From NCBI GenBank assembly GCA_965371515.1, contig CBDUYR010000018.1, forward strand, positions 1-53,978: 53,978 bases of DNA, given 5' to 3'. This document shows positions 39,444 to 48,356 of the stretch, in pieces. Position 1 is the first letter of the stretch, and each line of letters opens with the position of its first letter. A program made the translations under genes and the position numbers. The notes beneath the pieces are model-generated. The model saw only the letters and a program-made list of their open reading frames with translations. It did not search any database and was not told the origin of the DNA. The DNA comes from an uncultured bacterium. Lineage in GTDB: Bacteria > Krumholzibacteriota > Krumholzibacteriia > Krumholzibacteriales > Krumholzibacteriaceae.

Positions 39444-39923
39444 CTAACGCTCGAGCGTCCAGCGGGCGAAATAGCGCCCGCCTTCAGCGGCGTGTCTGTG
39501 TTTCTTCTCCAATTCGGTGAGCTCCTCGAACACTAGAGCTCCCGACGTACATGTCGCGACGCAGCGCGGCTGCTTTCCCTCGTCAAGTCTGTCATAACAG
39601 AGATCGCACTTCGGCGACAAATGCCATGTTGAATGCATGAACATCACGCCGAAGGGGCAGGACATGATGCACGACTTGCAGCCGATGCAGAGCTGGCTCA
39701 TACGCACGATCGTGCCGTTGTCGTCCTTCTTGATCGCATCCTGGGGACATACCTCGAGACAGAGCGGCGTGTCGCAGTGCCTGCATTGGAGAGGCATGAG
39801 GGCGACCTCTTCCACTGCTCCGTGCTTGAGCAGTCCCTGGTCATGGTGTCCCTGGGCGCAGGAGGCGGCGCACGCACGGCATCCTGTACACAGGTTCATG
39901 TTGATATAGATTCTCTTCTCCAT
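39444..39923 (-). CDS. HycB/HyfA/DmsB-like 4x[4Fe-4S] electron-transfer protein
   Basis: CTGCRACAASC, CRHCDTPLCLEVCP, CIGCKSCIMSCPFG and KCDLC...PRCVATC motifs. Confidence 0.92.
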   Translation of the reverse strand: MEKRIYINMNLCTGCRACAASCAQGHHDQGLLKHGAVEEVALMPLQCRHCDTPLCLEVCPQDAIKKDDNGTIVRMSQLCIGCKSCIMSCPFGVMFMHSTWHLSPKCDLCYDRLDEGKQPRCVATCTSGALVFEELTELEKKHRHAAEGGRYFARWTLER

Positions 39924-39927
39924 AACC

Positions 39928-41718
39928 TCAGCTCTTCTCGCTTTGCCTGCCCAGGGTCACCGCGACCGGGGCGAGGCTTATCTCACCGTGACGTTCATCC
40001 AGCCTCCATGGAAACAGCTTTCGGACCGAGGGGAAGTGTATCGTCGCCGCGACAGTCTTTCCCTCGAGCTTTCCTGTCGGCCTGGCCGCCAGCATGACCT
40101 CTCCGCCCTTGGAGACGACCTTCAGCATCTCGCCGCCACGAAGGTTCATCTCTTCGGCAATCTGCCTGGATACCATCAGCTCCGGCTCGGGGCATGTGAT
40201 CTTCGACCAGTGGAGGTTCCTGCTGATCGATCCGTCGGCGGCATGAACCGCCTCGCTCCACGGGATGAGGACGGTATCCGCGTTCTCCAGGCCCTTGATC
40301 TCTGCAGCGTAGCCCGCCCAGTCCGCAGCGAGGTTCTCGCCCGCACCGGTCCTTGCCGTCTTTCTCTCCACGGAAGCCGCCGCAAGCCCGACTCCCATCT
40401 CCTTCGCCAGATCGGTCAGAAACTGCCCGTCGCTGACAGTGCCGGCGAGCGGGACTATCGTCTCATTGCGTACTATGTCCTCTTCGAACGATGGCGACAC
40501 GGTGCCCTTCTTCTCGACAAGGGTCTCCGCGGGAATCACAACATTGGCGCCGGCTGCGGCCGTTCCGCTGAACAGCTGCGTAGCGACGGTGAACTTGCTT
40601 TCGCGAAGCGCCTTCTTCAACGGCGCGGCGGGGAAGACGGAAGACGGATCGAGGCCGAGCAGCACGAATGCCTGCACGCTGCCGGAGACGATGTTGGCAA
40701 GGGCTTTCCCGTTTCCTGCGCCGGCGGCGAGGACCGAGTAGATCCCCCAGGTGTTCTGCTGAACGAACTGGGCGTCGAAGACGGTCTCTCCGGGGCAGAT
40801 CCGCGTCACCGCCTCGGCCAGGACCGATGTCAGGCCGGGCGCTCCGAATCGTCCGAATATATTCGAAACGTATGTCTCGACAGAGGCGGCCCCGAGCATG
40901 GAGCCGGCAGCGCCCTCGAGATCGTCCCTCGAGACGCCGCCGAGACGTTCTATCTCGTTCCAGTCGAGCGAGCCGATCAGCTTCCCGAGCTCGCCGGGGA
41001 GCTGCGCGCCGCTCTTTGCGGCCTCCGCCTTGAGCAATCCGGCGAGGACCGCCGGCTCACCGCCCGGCCGGCACCCGAGGTGCCTGTTGGCGAACCACGC
41101 AGAGTGATTCTTCTCCGGACTTATCGTAATGACTTCGTTGCCCCTGCCCGCGAACTTGCCGGCCGCGACGGTCTTGGCCGTACACGGATGCTCGGAGAAG
41201 GGATCCCCGACGAGCAGGTATACCTGCCTCTCGCCGACGGGCTTCTGCCCGGCGGGTCCGAGACCGGAGAGGTCGTATTCCATCCACGCCCTGAACAGCG
41301 GGATGTCGTCGGGGGCCATAAGTGCGATGTTTTCGGTTCCTATCACCTCTCTGGCAAACTTCAGCGCGAGCGCAGCCTCCTCGTTCGTCAGGCCGTCGCC
41401 GATCAGGACGCCGATCGCGTCGCCGCCGGCCTCGTTCTTGATGGCCGAGAGATCCTTCGCCGCTTCCTTGACGGCCGCCTCGTAAGTCGACCTTTCTCCG
41501 AGGACGAACGGATAGTTGAGCCTGTCGGGGTGGGAGACGAATTCCACCATCGCCGCCCCGCGGGCGCAGAGGCTTCCGCCGTATTTCGAATCTTCACTGT
41601 CGTCCCAATCCAGAGAGAGAAGCGACTCGTTCGTGAAGATCGGGCTCCTGCCTCCACCCCTCAGGATCAGGGGACAGGCGAGGGAGCAGATCGAACAGTT
41701 GCTGCGTATTTCACTCAT
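39928..41718 (-). CDS. Molybdopterin-oxidoreductase-fold protein (FdhF/NuoG-C-like), probably non-catalytic
   Basis: CSICSLAC...LCARG cluster motif; DRL.YP; TNEE; A..ANVVIPA....EK.GT; C-terminal MopB-like domain; start moved to ATG 41718. Confidence 0.75.
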   Translation of the reverse strand: MSEIRSNCSICSLACPLILRGGGRSPIFTNESLLSLDWDDSEDSKYGGSLCARGAAMVEFVSHPDRLNYPFVLGERSTYEAAVKEAAKDLSAIKNEAGGDAIGVLIGDGLTNEEAALALKFAREVIGTENIALMAPDDIPLFRAWMEYDLSGLGPAGQKPVGERQVYLLVGDPFSEHPCTAKTVAAGKFAGRGNEVITISPEKNHSAWFANRHLGCRPGGEPAVLAGLLKAEAAKSGAQLPGELGKLIGSLDWNEIERLGGVSRDDLEGAAGSMLGAASVETYVSNIFGRFGAPGLTSVLAEAVTRICPGETVFDAQFVQQNTWGIYSVLAAGAGNGKALANIVSGSVQAFVLLGLDPSSVFPAAPLKKALRESKFTVATQLFSGTAAAGANVVIPAETLVEKKGTVSPSFEEDIVRNETIVPLAGTVSDGQFLTDLAKEMGVGLAAASVERKTARTGAGENLAADWAGYAAEIKGLENADTVLIPWSEAVHAADGSISRNLHWSKITCPEPELMVSRQIAEEMNLRGGEMLKVVSKGGEVMLAARPTGKLEGKTVAATIHFPSVRKLFPWRLDERHGEISLAPVAVTLGRQSEKS

Positions 41719-41768
41719 AGACGACTTTTCTTCCCGGGCCGCGGATGCGGGCCCAAACCACAAGCGAA

Positions 41769-42596
41769 CTAGCCGAACACGTTCGGAACGTGCTTGATCT
41801 TGTCGTAACACATATCAGGACCGTCGACGCACAGATAGTAGTGGCCGATATTGCAACGGCCGCACTTGCCCATGCCGCACGACATCTTCCTGTTCATCGA
41901 AAGATAGATCTGCGGGGGCTTGTAGCCGATCTCGAGAAGCTTAAGGGTAACGAACTTGAGCATGATCTCGGGGCCGCACGAGAGTGCGTAGCTGTCGACT
42001 ATGTCGATGCCCTCGAGCTTGTCGGGCTCCAGCAGCGTCGTCACCAGACCGACGTGCCCGCTCCAGTCGGGATGCGGGACATCGATCGTAGTCTGCAGCG
42101 ATATGTTGTCTGCAAGGGCGTTCCACTCGTCGTACTGCCTGCGGAAGCTCAGCTCCGCCGGTTCCCTCGCGCCGAACTTGATGACGATCTTCCTGTACTT
42201 CGACGGATCGTTGAAGAGGGCGTAGAGCAGCGACCTCATCGGGGCAAGGCCCACGCCTCCGCCCGCAACGAGGACATCCTTGCCTACAAGCTTGTCGAGC
42301 GGGTATCCCTTGCCGAACGGCCCTCTCAGCCCGACCGTGACGCCGGGACTGAGCTCGTGCAGCGCGTCCGTCACCTTTCCTGTCTTGAGGATGGTGATCT
42401 CCATCCTCTCGGTGATATTCGGGTCTGAACTGGGCGTGAACGGCGCCTCGCCCAATCCGGGGACGGTGAGCTGCATGAACTGGCCGGCACGGAACTCGAT
42501 CGGCCTGACCGGCTTGAGGACAAACGTCTTTATCGTCGGGGTCTCAGTTATAATATCTTCGACAACGGTATCGATGGGATAATACGGGTTTTTCAT
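41769..42596 (-). CDS. AsrB/HydG/FlxA-like FAD/NAD(P)-binding [2Fe-2S] subunit
   Basis: GQFMQL..PG.GEAPF, RGPFG.GYP, GGGVGLAP, CGPEIM and MSCGMGKCGRC..G...C.DGP motifs. Confidence 0.92.
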   Translation of the reverse strand: MKNPYYPIDTVVEDIITETPTIKTFVLKPVRPIEFRAGQFMQLTVPGLGEAPFTPSSDPNITERMEITILKTGKVTDALHELSPGVTVGLRGPFGKGYPLDKLVGKDVLVAGGGVGLAPMRSLLYALFNDPSKYRKIVIKFGAREPAELSFRRQYDEWNALADNISLQTTIDVPHPDWSGHVGLVTTLLEPDKLEGIDIVDSYALSCGPEIMLKFVTLKLLEIGYKPPQIYLSMNRKMSCGMGKCGRCNIGHYYLCVDGPDMCYDKIKHVPNVFG

Positions 42597-42609
42597 CCCA
42601 TTAGCTCCC

Positions 42610-43659
42610 TTACTTGGCTGCCTTGCTCATTACATTCCGGAACACTGCCCGCATGTCTATCCCGGCGCTGCACGTGTCGATGCACCTGCCGCAGCCGGTA
42701 CAGAAGATCTCGCCATGGCTGAGGGGCAGATAATCATACTTGTGATAATAACGGTGTTTGACGCGGTCGCTCAGGCGCGGCCTCGGGTTACCCATCCCGG
42801 CCATCCTCGCGTACCCGGTAACCTGGCAGCTGTCCCAGGACATCATCCTCCTGTACTTTTCCCCCTCTGCCGTATCGAACAGGAGGAAACAGTAGCAGGT
42901 CGGGCAGATATTGGTACAGGCTCCGCACTCTACGCATTTCGCCGACTCTTCGTCCCAGATCCCGTCGGTCAACACATTCTTGAGCGGCTCGTTCATCTTC
43001 GTCGCGTCGGGGAAATCCTTGTTTATCTTTTCGAGCTTCGCTACGACCTTCGCCCGCGCCTCGTCCCTGGCCTTCTCCTGGCCGTCGCGCGGAGCTGTGA
43101 AGAGATCTCCATTCTCTGAGATGACCTTCTCTCCTCGCTCCGATCCCGCCTCTATGAGATACCCCGCGTCGACCTTTGATATCGTCAGGTCGAAACCCTT
43201 TTCCGGCCAGGGCTTCCCGCCGAGCAGGGTGCAGAAGCATGACTCGCCGCAGTCGGTACAATCGGCGGCTATCGTGAACATCTTTTCCCTGCGTATCCGG
43301 TAGAACGGGTCCTCGAACTCTCCTTCGACCTGCACCTTGTCTACCAGTTCCATCGCTTTTACATCGCAGGCCCTCGCGCCGACCACGATGTACGAAAGCT
43401 CGTTTTCATCGGTCTCGAGCTCATCGAGTTCCTCGGATGGGTACTGAGCGACGGTCGAACGGAGAAGCTGCGCGAAGCCCTTCAGCGTCTCGACCGTACG
43501 GTATCCTTCGACGCTCATCTCTTCGGGAAGAGGAAAGGTTTCGATTCGCTCTATGTGGAGTTTCCCGGTGTCTTCTTCCGTGACGGGCACAAAAAGCTCT
43601 CCCTCACTGGAGAGTTTCTTGAGTAATCTCTCGAAGTTTGTCGAGTCGATAAACTGCAT
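42610..43659 (-). CDS. AsrA/HydB/FlxB-like Fe-S subunit
   Basis: GARACD, DPFY, CFC, CVECGACTNICPTCYCF, WDSC and CTGCGRCIDTC motifs; start moved to ATG 43659. Confidence 0.9.
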   Translation of the reverse strand: MQFIDSTNFERLLKKLSSEGELFVPVTEEDTGKLHIERIETFPLPEEMSVEGYRTVETLKGFAQLLRSTVAQYPSEELDELETDENELSYIVVGARACDVKAMELVDKVQVEGEFEDPFYRIRREKMFTIAADCTDCGESCFCTLLGGKPWPEKGFDLTISKVDAGYLIEAGSERGEKVISENGDLFTAPRDGQEKARDEARAKVVAKLEKINKDFPDATKMNEPLKNVLTDGIWDEESAKCVECGACTNICPTCYCFLLFDTAEGEKYRRMMSWDSCQVTGYARMAGMGNPRPRLSDRVKHRYYHKYDYLPLSHGEIFCTGCGRCIDTCSAGIDMRAVFRNVMSKAAK

Positions 43660-43854
43660 GTAGTTTTTTCCGTATAAATATCCGGCAACCGTGGACACGG
43701 CGGCCTTAATTCACCTTACCAGCAGCATGCCACCTTCAGCATGCCCGAGACAGCAGAGAGTACCATTCCACAGAGGGCCAAAAGTGTCAAGATTATTTTT
43801 TTCGGAAAACCGTAATAATGGGAGGGGACAAGCCTGAAGCATCGTACCGGGCGT

Positions 43855-43888
43855 AAAAAAAAGCGGACGGGCCGCCGGGCCCGTCCGC
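43855..43888 (-). terminator. Intrinsic terminator of tlpA
   Basis: Minus strand GCGGACGGGC-CCGGCG-GCCCGTCCGC followed by T8. Confidence 0.9.
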
Positions 43889-43916
43889 CGCAGATTACAT
43901 GACAGGAGATTTTCCG

Positions 43917-44843
43917 CTACTCCTTCAGAAGCTTCTCGACCGCCTCCTCGAGATCATTGCCGCGGAGATTCTTGTACCTGATCTTTCCCTGTTTGTCGAT
44001 AAGGAAGGTGGAGGGAATCGAACTGACCGCGTAGAGCTGGCCTATCTCGGCCTTCCAGCCATTGCCGTCGTAGATCTGGCGCCACTTCATGTCCTGTTCC
44101 TTCACGTAGGAATCGAAGGCGGCGCGGTTGTTGTCCATCGAGACGCCGATGATATCGAAACCCTTCTCGTGATAGGTCGAGTAGATCTTTTTGACGGCGG
44201 GCATCTCCACCCGGCAGGGTGCGCACCATGTTGCCCAGAAGTCGAGGAGAACGACCTTACCCCTGTAGTCGGAAGGGCTGATCATAGTGCCGTTGACATC
44301 CATGGTCTTGAAGTCTATCGCCGACGCCCCGATCTTGAGCTTCTTCATCGTATCGAGGCGCGCGAGCATTCCTTCGGCCGATGCCTTCATCTCCGGATTG
44401 ATCCCTTCGACGGCGGCGGCCTTACGAAGGGCCTTCTCGGCCCCGTTGAAATCGTCCTCGGCCAGACTGGCGTTGCCTATCGACATCCACGCCATCCCCT
44501 CTTCCGATGGCTCTTTCGGGAATTTGCTCTCGTTGTACTTGTTCAGGATCTCTTTCGCTTCCGCACCCTTTCCGATTTGTGAATAGATCTGCCCGAGCAT
44601 CACCATCGCGCTGCCCGATGCCGCCGTGCCGGCGTGCGCCTCGATGATGCCCTTCAGTCCCTCTTCGGCCTTGACGATGAGCTGGTCCATCGGGATCGTG
44701 TTCCGGCCCCGCTGGAGCTCTGCCATCAGCTGCTCGTACGCCTCCTTCGCCGCGGCCTCACTAGCGGCGTCGGCAACGGCCACGCCGGCGAATACGGCCA
44801 GCGCCATCAGGGCCAGCACGAAAATCCTTATTTTTCCTGTCAT
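43917..44843 (-). CDS. Exported TlpA/ResA-like thiol-disulfide oxidoreductase with TPR-like N-terminal domain
   Basis: Signal peptide; helical TPR-like region; GKVVLLDFWATWCAPC and IPSTFLIDKQG motifs. Confidence 0.9.
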   Translation of the reverse strand: MTGKIRIFVLALMALAVFAGVAVADAASEAAAKEAYEQLMAELQRGRNTIPMDQLIVKAEEGLKGIIEAHAGTAASGSAMVMLGQIYSQIGKGAEAKEILNKYNESKFPKEPSEEGMAWMSIGNASLAEDDFNGAEKALRKAAAVEGINPEMKASAEGMLARLDTMKKLKIGASAIDFKTMDVNGTMISPSDYRGKVVLLDFWATWCAPCRVEMPAVKKIYSTYHEKGFDIIGVSMDNNRAAFDSYVKEQDMKWRQIYDGNGWKAEIGQLYAVSSIPSTFLIDKQGKIRYKNLRGNDLEEAVEKLLKE

Positions 44844-44857
44844 CTTTTTCGCCCTTT

Positions 44858-44894
44858 CAAAAAGCGGGACGCGCCAGACCCCGGCCGCGTCCCG
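44858..44894 (-). terminator. Terminator-like hairpin between the DUF1573 gene and tlpA
   Basis: Minus strand CGGGACGCG-N12-CGCGTCCCG followed by CTTTTTG. Confidence 0.6.
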
Positions 44895-44924
44895 GACAAC
44901 TCTCTCCGTCGGAAGACGGATCTA

Positions 44925-45986
44925 TTACCTCTTTACCGTATCCTTCGTCAGCCTCACGGATCCCTTGATCGGTACCACGAGTTCCTCGTATCCAGGATAG
45001 TTGGTCAGGAACTTCAGCGAAGCCTCGTACTTTCCCGGCTCAGCTTTCGGACGGATCTGGAACCTGCACGTGTACGCCTTGCCGGGTTTGACTTCCCTGA
45101 TATTCCAGGTTATCGTCTCGTCGCTCGGGATCACGTCGAGGATCTTCAGCGAGTCTCCCCTGGCCGAGATGACCGACACTACCTTTTCGAAGTTCTTCGA
45201 CGTTCCCTCGGTCATCACGAGCTCCCTCATGTATATCGTGCTCGGATGGAGTTCGACGTCATCCATGATATGGAGCCGGAATGTCATCTTCTTCTCGGGA
45301 AGCTTTTCGAAATCGGTCTCGATAAACAGATCGGCGAAGTACTGCTTGGGCGGAAGGTCTTTCTTCAGCCATGTCTCGATCTTGTACTTCTTTCCCTTCT
45401 CGATCGTCGTGATCTTGATTCCGACGCCCTCCTCGAGAGCCTTCCTGTCCCTGCTCTTCTCGGACCAGTGATATCCGGTCAGGTCGATCTCCTCTTCGAG
45501 AGCCGACGTGAGTATCACTTCTTCCTTGAGCTTTTCGCCCTTGTACCCCGAAAGAGACAACCCCTTGGAAGCCTGGAAGACCTGCTTGACATGCCCGATG
45601 ACGCTGAGCGTCACCTTCGTGTTTTCGGGATCGTTCGTCTTCACCGTGAAGCTCTTCTTGAAGCGCCCTGGGCGAAGCTTGTGTCCTATGAGTTTTACAC
45701 CTATCGTTCCCTCCGACCCGGGAGGGATGACCTCGTCATAGTCGGCCACTGAGCAGCCTCACCCGGGGCGGACGCCGAGTATGTGAAGTTCCGCCACCCC
45801 GTTGTTCCTCACCTTGAACTCATACTCAATGTCTTCGCCTTCGTAGAAGGTGCCGAGATCGGGCTCCTTGTTCCTTATGTACATCTTCGGCGGGTCTTTC
45901 TGTGCCGCTGCTGGCGCCGACGCGAGGACCGTCGCCATCACGGCGAAGGTCACGGCCGCCAGACCCAGCTTTCTCGAAAGGTTCAT
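44925..45986 (-). CDS. Exported DUF1573-domain (Ig-like) selenoprotein, 353 aa, Sec76 in a U-G-C motif
   Basis: ORFs 45759-46046 and 44925-45749 are in frame across TGA 45761-45759, reading VRPG-U-GCSVADYD..IPPG..G.I; this matches the DUF1573 V.PSCGCT..IPPG pattern; GGAGG RBS and signal peptide at 45986. Confidence 0.82.
45713..45745 (-). promoter_or_regulatory. Candidate bacterial SECIS element of the DUF1573 gene
   Basis: CCGAC-T-ATGAC-GAG-GTCAT-N9-GTCGG; loop begins with G, 24 nt after UGA; alternative hairpin TCCCTCC/GGAGGGA at 45708-45727. Confidence 0.55.
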
Positions 45987-46182
45987 AGAGTGTCCTCCAT
46001 CTGACGGGCACCGGTTCGCAGCCTCGCCCGCCCATACATGATTCATCCACTGAAAACAGACCCGATACCCCCACCGTTACCTACAAATCCGCCCGGGGGG
46101 ATCGGGACTTTCCCATATCGACCAATAGTACATTATAAAACAGTAAGCACCGCAGGTTCCACCAATTATTTCGTCGCGCGCC

Positions 46183-47100
46183 CTATTCTCCCGCCTCCCA
46201 GCCATAGGTCTCGTATCTATAGTCGAGCTTTCCGTCCCTGATTTCCACGACGACGAAACCCTCGGGGAATCCCCTGTGCGGTCCCTTCCACCAGGCGCCG
46301 CTTACCGCGCCGCCCGTAACGAATTTGGTGCCTTTCACCTCCGCCTGCTCGACGACATGCAGATGCCCCTGGAGGACCAACCTCAGGTCGCGGCCTTCAA
46401 ACATCGAGAGGAGTTCTGGAGCATTGACCACCATCTCTGCCGGCGGGACCGTCTCGGTCGTCCCGTAAGTGACCTGAATGGAAGGAGATACGAGCGGAAT
46501 GTGAACGCAGAGCACGAGCGGTGTGTCCGGATCGGTATTTTCGAGATCCCGTGCGAGCCATCCGAGCGTCTCCGGCCCGACATGGCCGAAGTATCGCCTC
46601 GTTCCGGTGAACCCGATCGTGTCGAGAAGGATAAAGTGCCAGCCGCCGAAATCGAACGAAGAGCTCGTCGAGCCCCCGCCGAGCCTCTTTTCGAACATCT
46701 TCTTGCCGAACTCGGGATGAGCCGGATCGACTCCGCTCCCGATATAGAGCCCGAAGACCTCGTGGTTGCCGATAGTATGATGGACGGGCATCCCGAAATT
46801 TTCGCAGAGATCTCCGAACAGCCCGTACAGCGAATCGGCACGCTCATAACTCACGCCAAGCGCGTCATATATCAGGTCTCCTCCGGTTATCACGAAGTCG
46901 GGGGCCAGCTCGTTGACCTTTTCTATAGCAGCCTCGAACCCCTGCGCGCCCCGTCGTTCGGGCATCACATGGATATCTGTCATGAAGACAAAGCGGAACG
47001 AGCCACCGCTTTCCCCGCGAAGGGGTCCCGGCGCCACTATGGAGGCGACGACCCACGCGAGCAGAAGTGCGGTGAGGATCCTCGAGTACCTTCGTGCCAT
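46183..47100 (-). CDS. Calcineurin-like metallophosphoesterase, exported
   Basis: TDIH, GGDL, GNHE, HIP and GHLH motifs; ATG 47100 after AAGGAGG. Confidence 0.92.
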   Translation of the reverse strand: MARRYSRILTALLLAWVVASIVAPGPLRGESGGSFRFVFMTDIHVMPERRGAQGFEAAIEKVNELAPDFVITGGDLIYDALGVSYERADSLYGLFGDLCENFGMPVHHTIGNHEVFGLYIGSGVDPAHPEFGKKMFEKRLGGGSTSSSFDFGGWHFILLDTIGFTGTRRYFGHVGPETLGWLARDLENTDPDTPLVLCVHIPLVSPSIQVTYGTTETVPPAEMVVNAPELLSMFEGRDLRLVLQGHLHVVEQAEVKGTKFVTGGAVSGAWWKGPHRGFPEGFVVVEIRDGKLDYRYETYGWEAGE

Positions 47101-47205
47101 CTGCGGCCTCCTTCTGAAAACCCAACCGGTGCGCCTCCGATAAACGGCGTGACGACAGATTGTCATAGTACAGGAGGCTTTTCGTCTCGAAAAGCTCGTT
47201 CTGGC

Positions 47206-48204
47206 CTATTTGGGCACGTACCAGTATTTCGAATCGGGGTGATCGGCCACCCATTCGTCCCATGTCGTCTTTACCGACGGCCGGTAGGGAAGGATCCTGT
47301 CGGCCAGCGGCCCCGCGACCCCGGTCAGCCCACGCGCTCTCTCGAAGGGAAACCACATGGTCCACGTCTCACGGTCATAGAGCACAAAAGTGGAGAAGTA
47401 GGTCCACCCGCTCGCTCCCAGCGTCAGGATCTCTCCGTCGATTTCTCTGCTGCACACGGCAGCAAATCCGCGGAGTGGTCAGTAGACTACGGCCAGCGCC
47501 TCGTCGCCGAACCAATCGTTCACCACCTCGCGCATGCTGATCGTCGAGATCGGATACGCACGGGCATCGCCCCCGATTTCGACACCGATGATCTGCGTCA
47601 TCAGAGTAGAGGGCGGATACTCCGGATCGCCCGGAGAGAAAAATTGCGGGTCATTGACGGGCAGTATCGCGTCAGGCCCCAGGCCGTGCCCCCAGTATTC
47701 CACATCCATCCCGTAGACCTCGACCGCATGGGTTATGTCCCATAACAGGCCGGTAGAATCCTCGATGAAGATCCCTGCGACCACGGAAAAAGTCGCGTCT
47801 GACATATCGGAGGCGGATAGCCCGGAGGTATCAACGGCCGTGACGCTGATGAGATATGAACTGCCCTCTTCCACCAGGCTCAGGTCCCATTCGAGGCTGC
47901 CGGTGTTTCCGCCAGGATTGAGGACCTCCTTCCAGGTCCTGCCCAGGTCAGCGCTGAACTCGACCATTATGGCAAGCAACTCGGTCTCGCCCGGGTCGGG
48001 ATCTTCAGCGGTCCATTTGATCCCTATCTCGCCTCCCAGGCGCTCGCCTCCGTTCGGGAAGGTGACCACAACCGAAGGCGGCTCGGGCTCATCAGCCCCG
48101 AGATCCATCGGATTCATCGCCCCTCCTTCTTCCGTGCCGCAGCCGCCCAGCAGGACAGCGATAAGAGTCATCGGTAAAATGAGTTTTCTGGTGAATTCTG
48201 ACAT
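47206..48204 (-). CDS. DUF3179-domain (seleno)lipoprotein with Ig-like N-terminal domain, 332 aa, Sec242
   Basis: ORFs 47479-48204 and 47206-47457 are in frame across TGA 47481-47479, reading ARAYP....REVVND.FG..ALAVVY-U-PLRG...SG......VLYDRET..W...G.L....TTW..W...HPDS; lipobox LGGC. Confidence 0.85.
47440..47468 (-). promoter_or_regulatory. Candidate bacterial SECIS element of the DUF3179 gene
   Basis: TTTGCTGC-CGTGT-GCAGCAGA, an 8-bp stem with one G-U; G is the second loop base; loop starts 20 nt after UGA. Confidence 0.6.
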
Positions 48205-48356
48205 CTTCCTCCCGTCTACCCCCCCTGGCCCTCAATGGAACTGCGTGGAGTGAATATAATACATTACTGATTTGATGGGTAATTATTTCTGGGAGGGGAG
48301 AGGCATCGGTCGAACAGCCGTGCCCCTGATCTTGTATCGTCTATTATCCTACTCTG

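Noticed and set aside
39928..41718. Formate dehydrogenase / formate hydrogenlyase call, or a hidden Sec in this gene
   Set aside because: No catalytic Cys/Sec-His segment and no in-frame TGA
41769..43659. Anaerobic sulfite reductase AsrABC or a soluble group 3b hydrogenase
   Set aside because: No asrC and no group 3 large or small subunit in the window; the only large subunit is group 4 type
43760..43790. sigma70 promoter of the hydrogenase operon (minus-strand TTGACA at 43790-43785)
   Set aside because: Plausible -35 box, but no acceptable -10 at 16-18 bp spacing, so not listed as a feature
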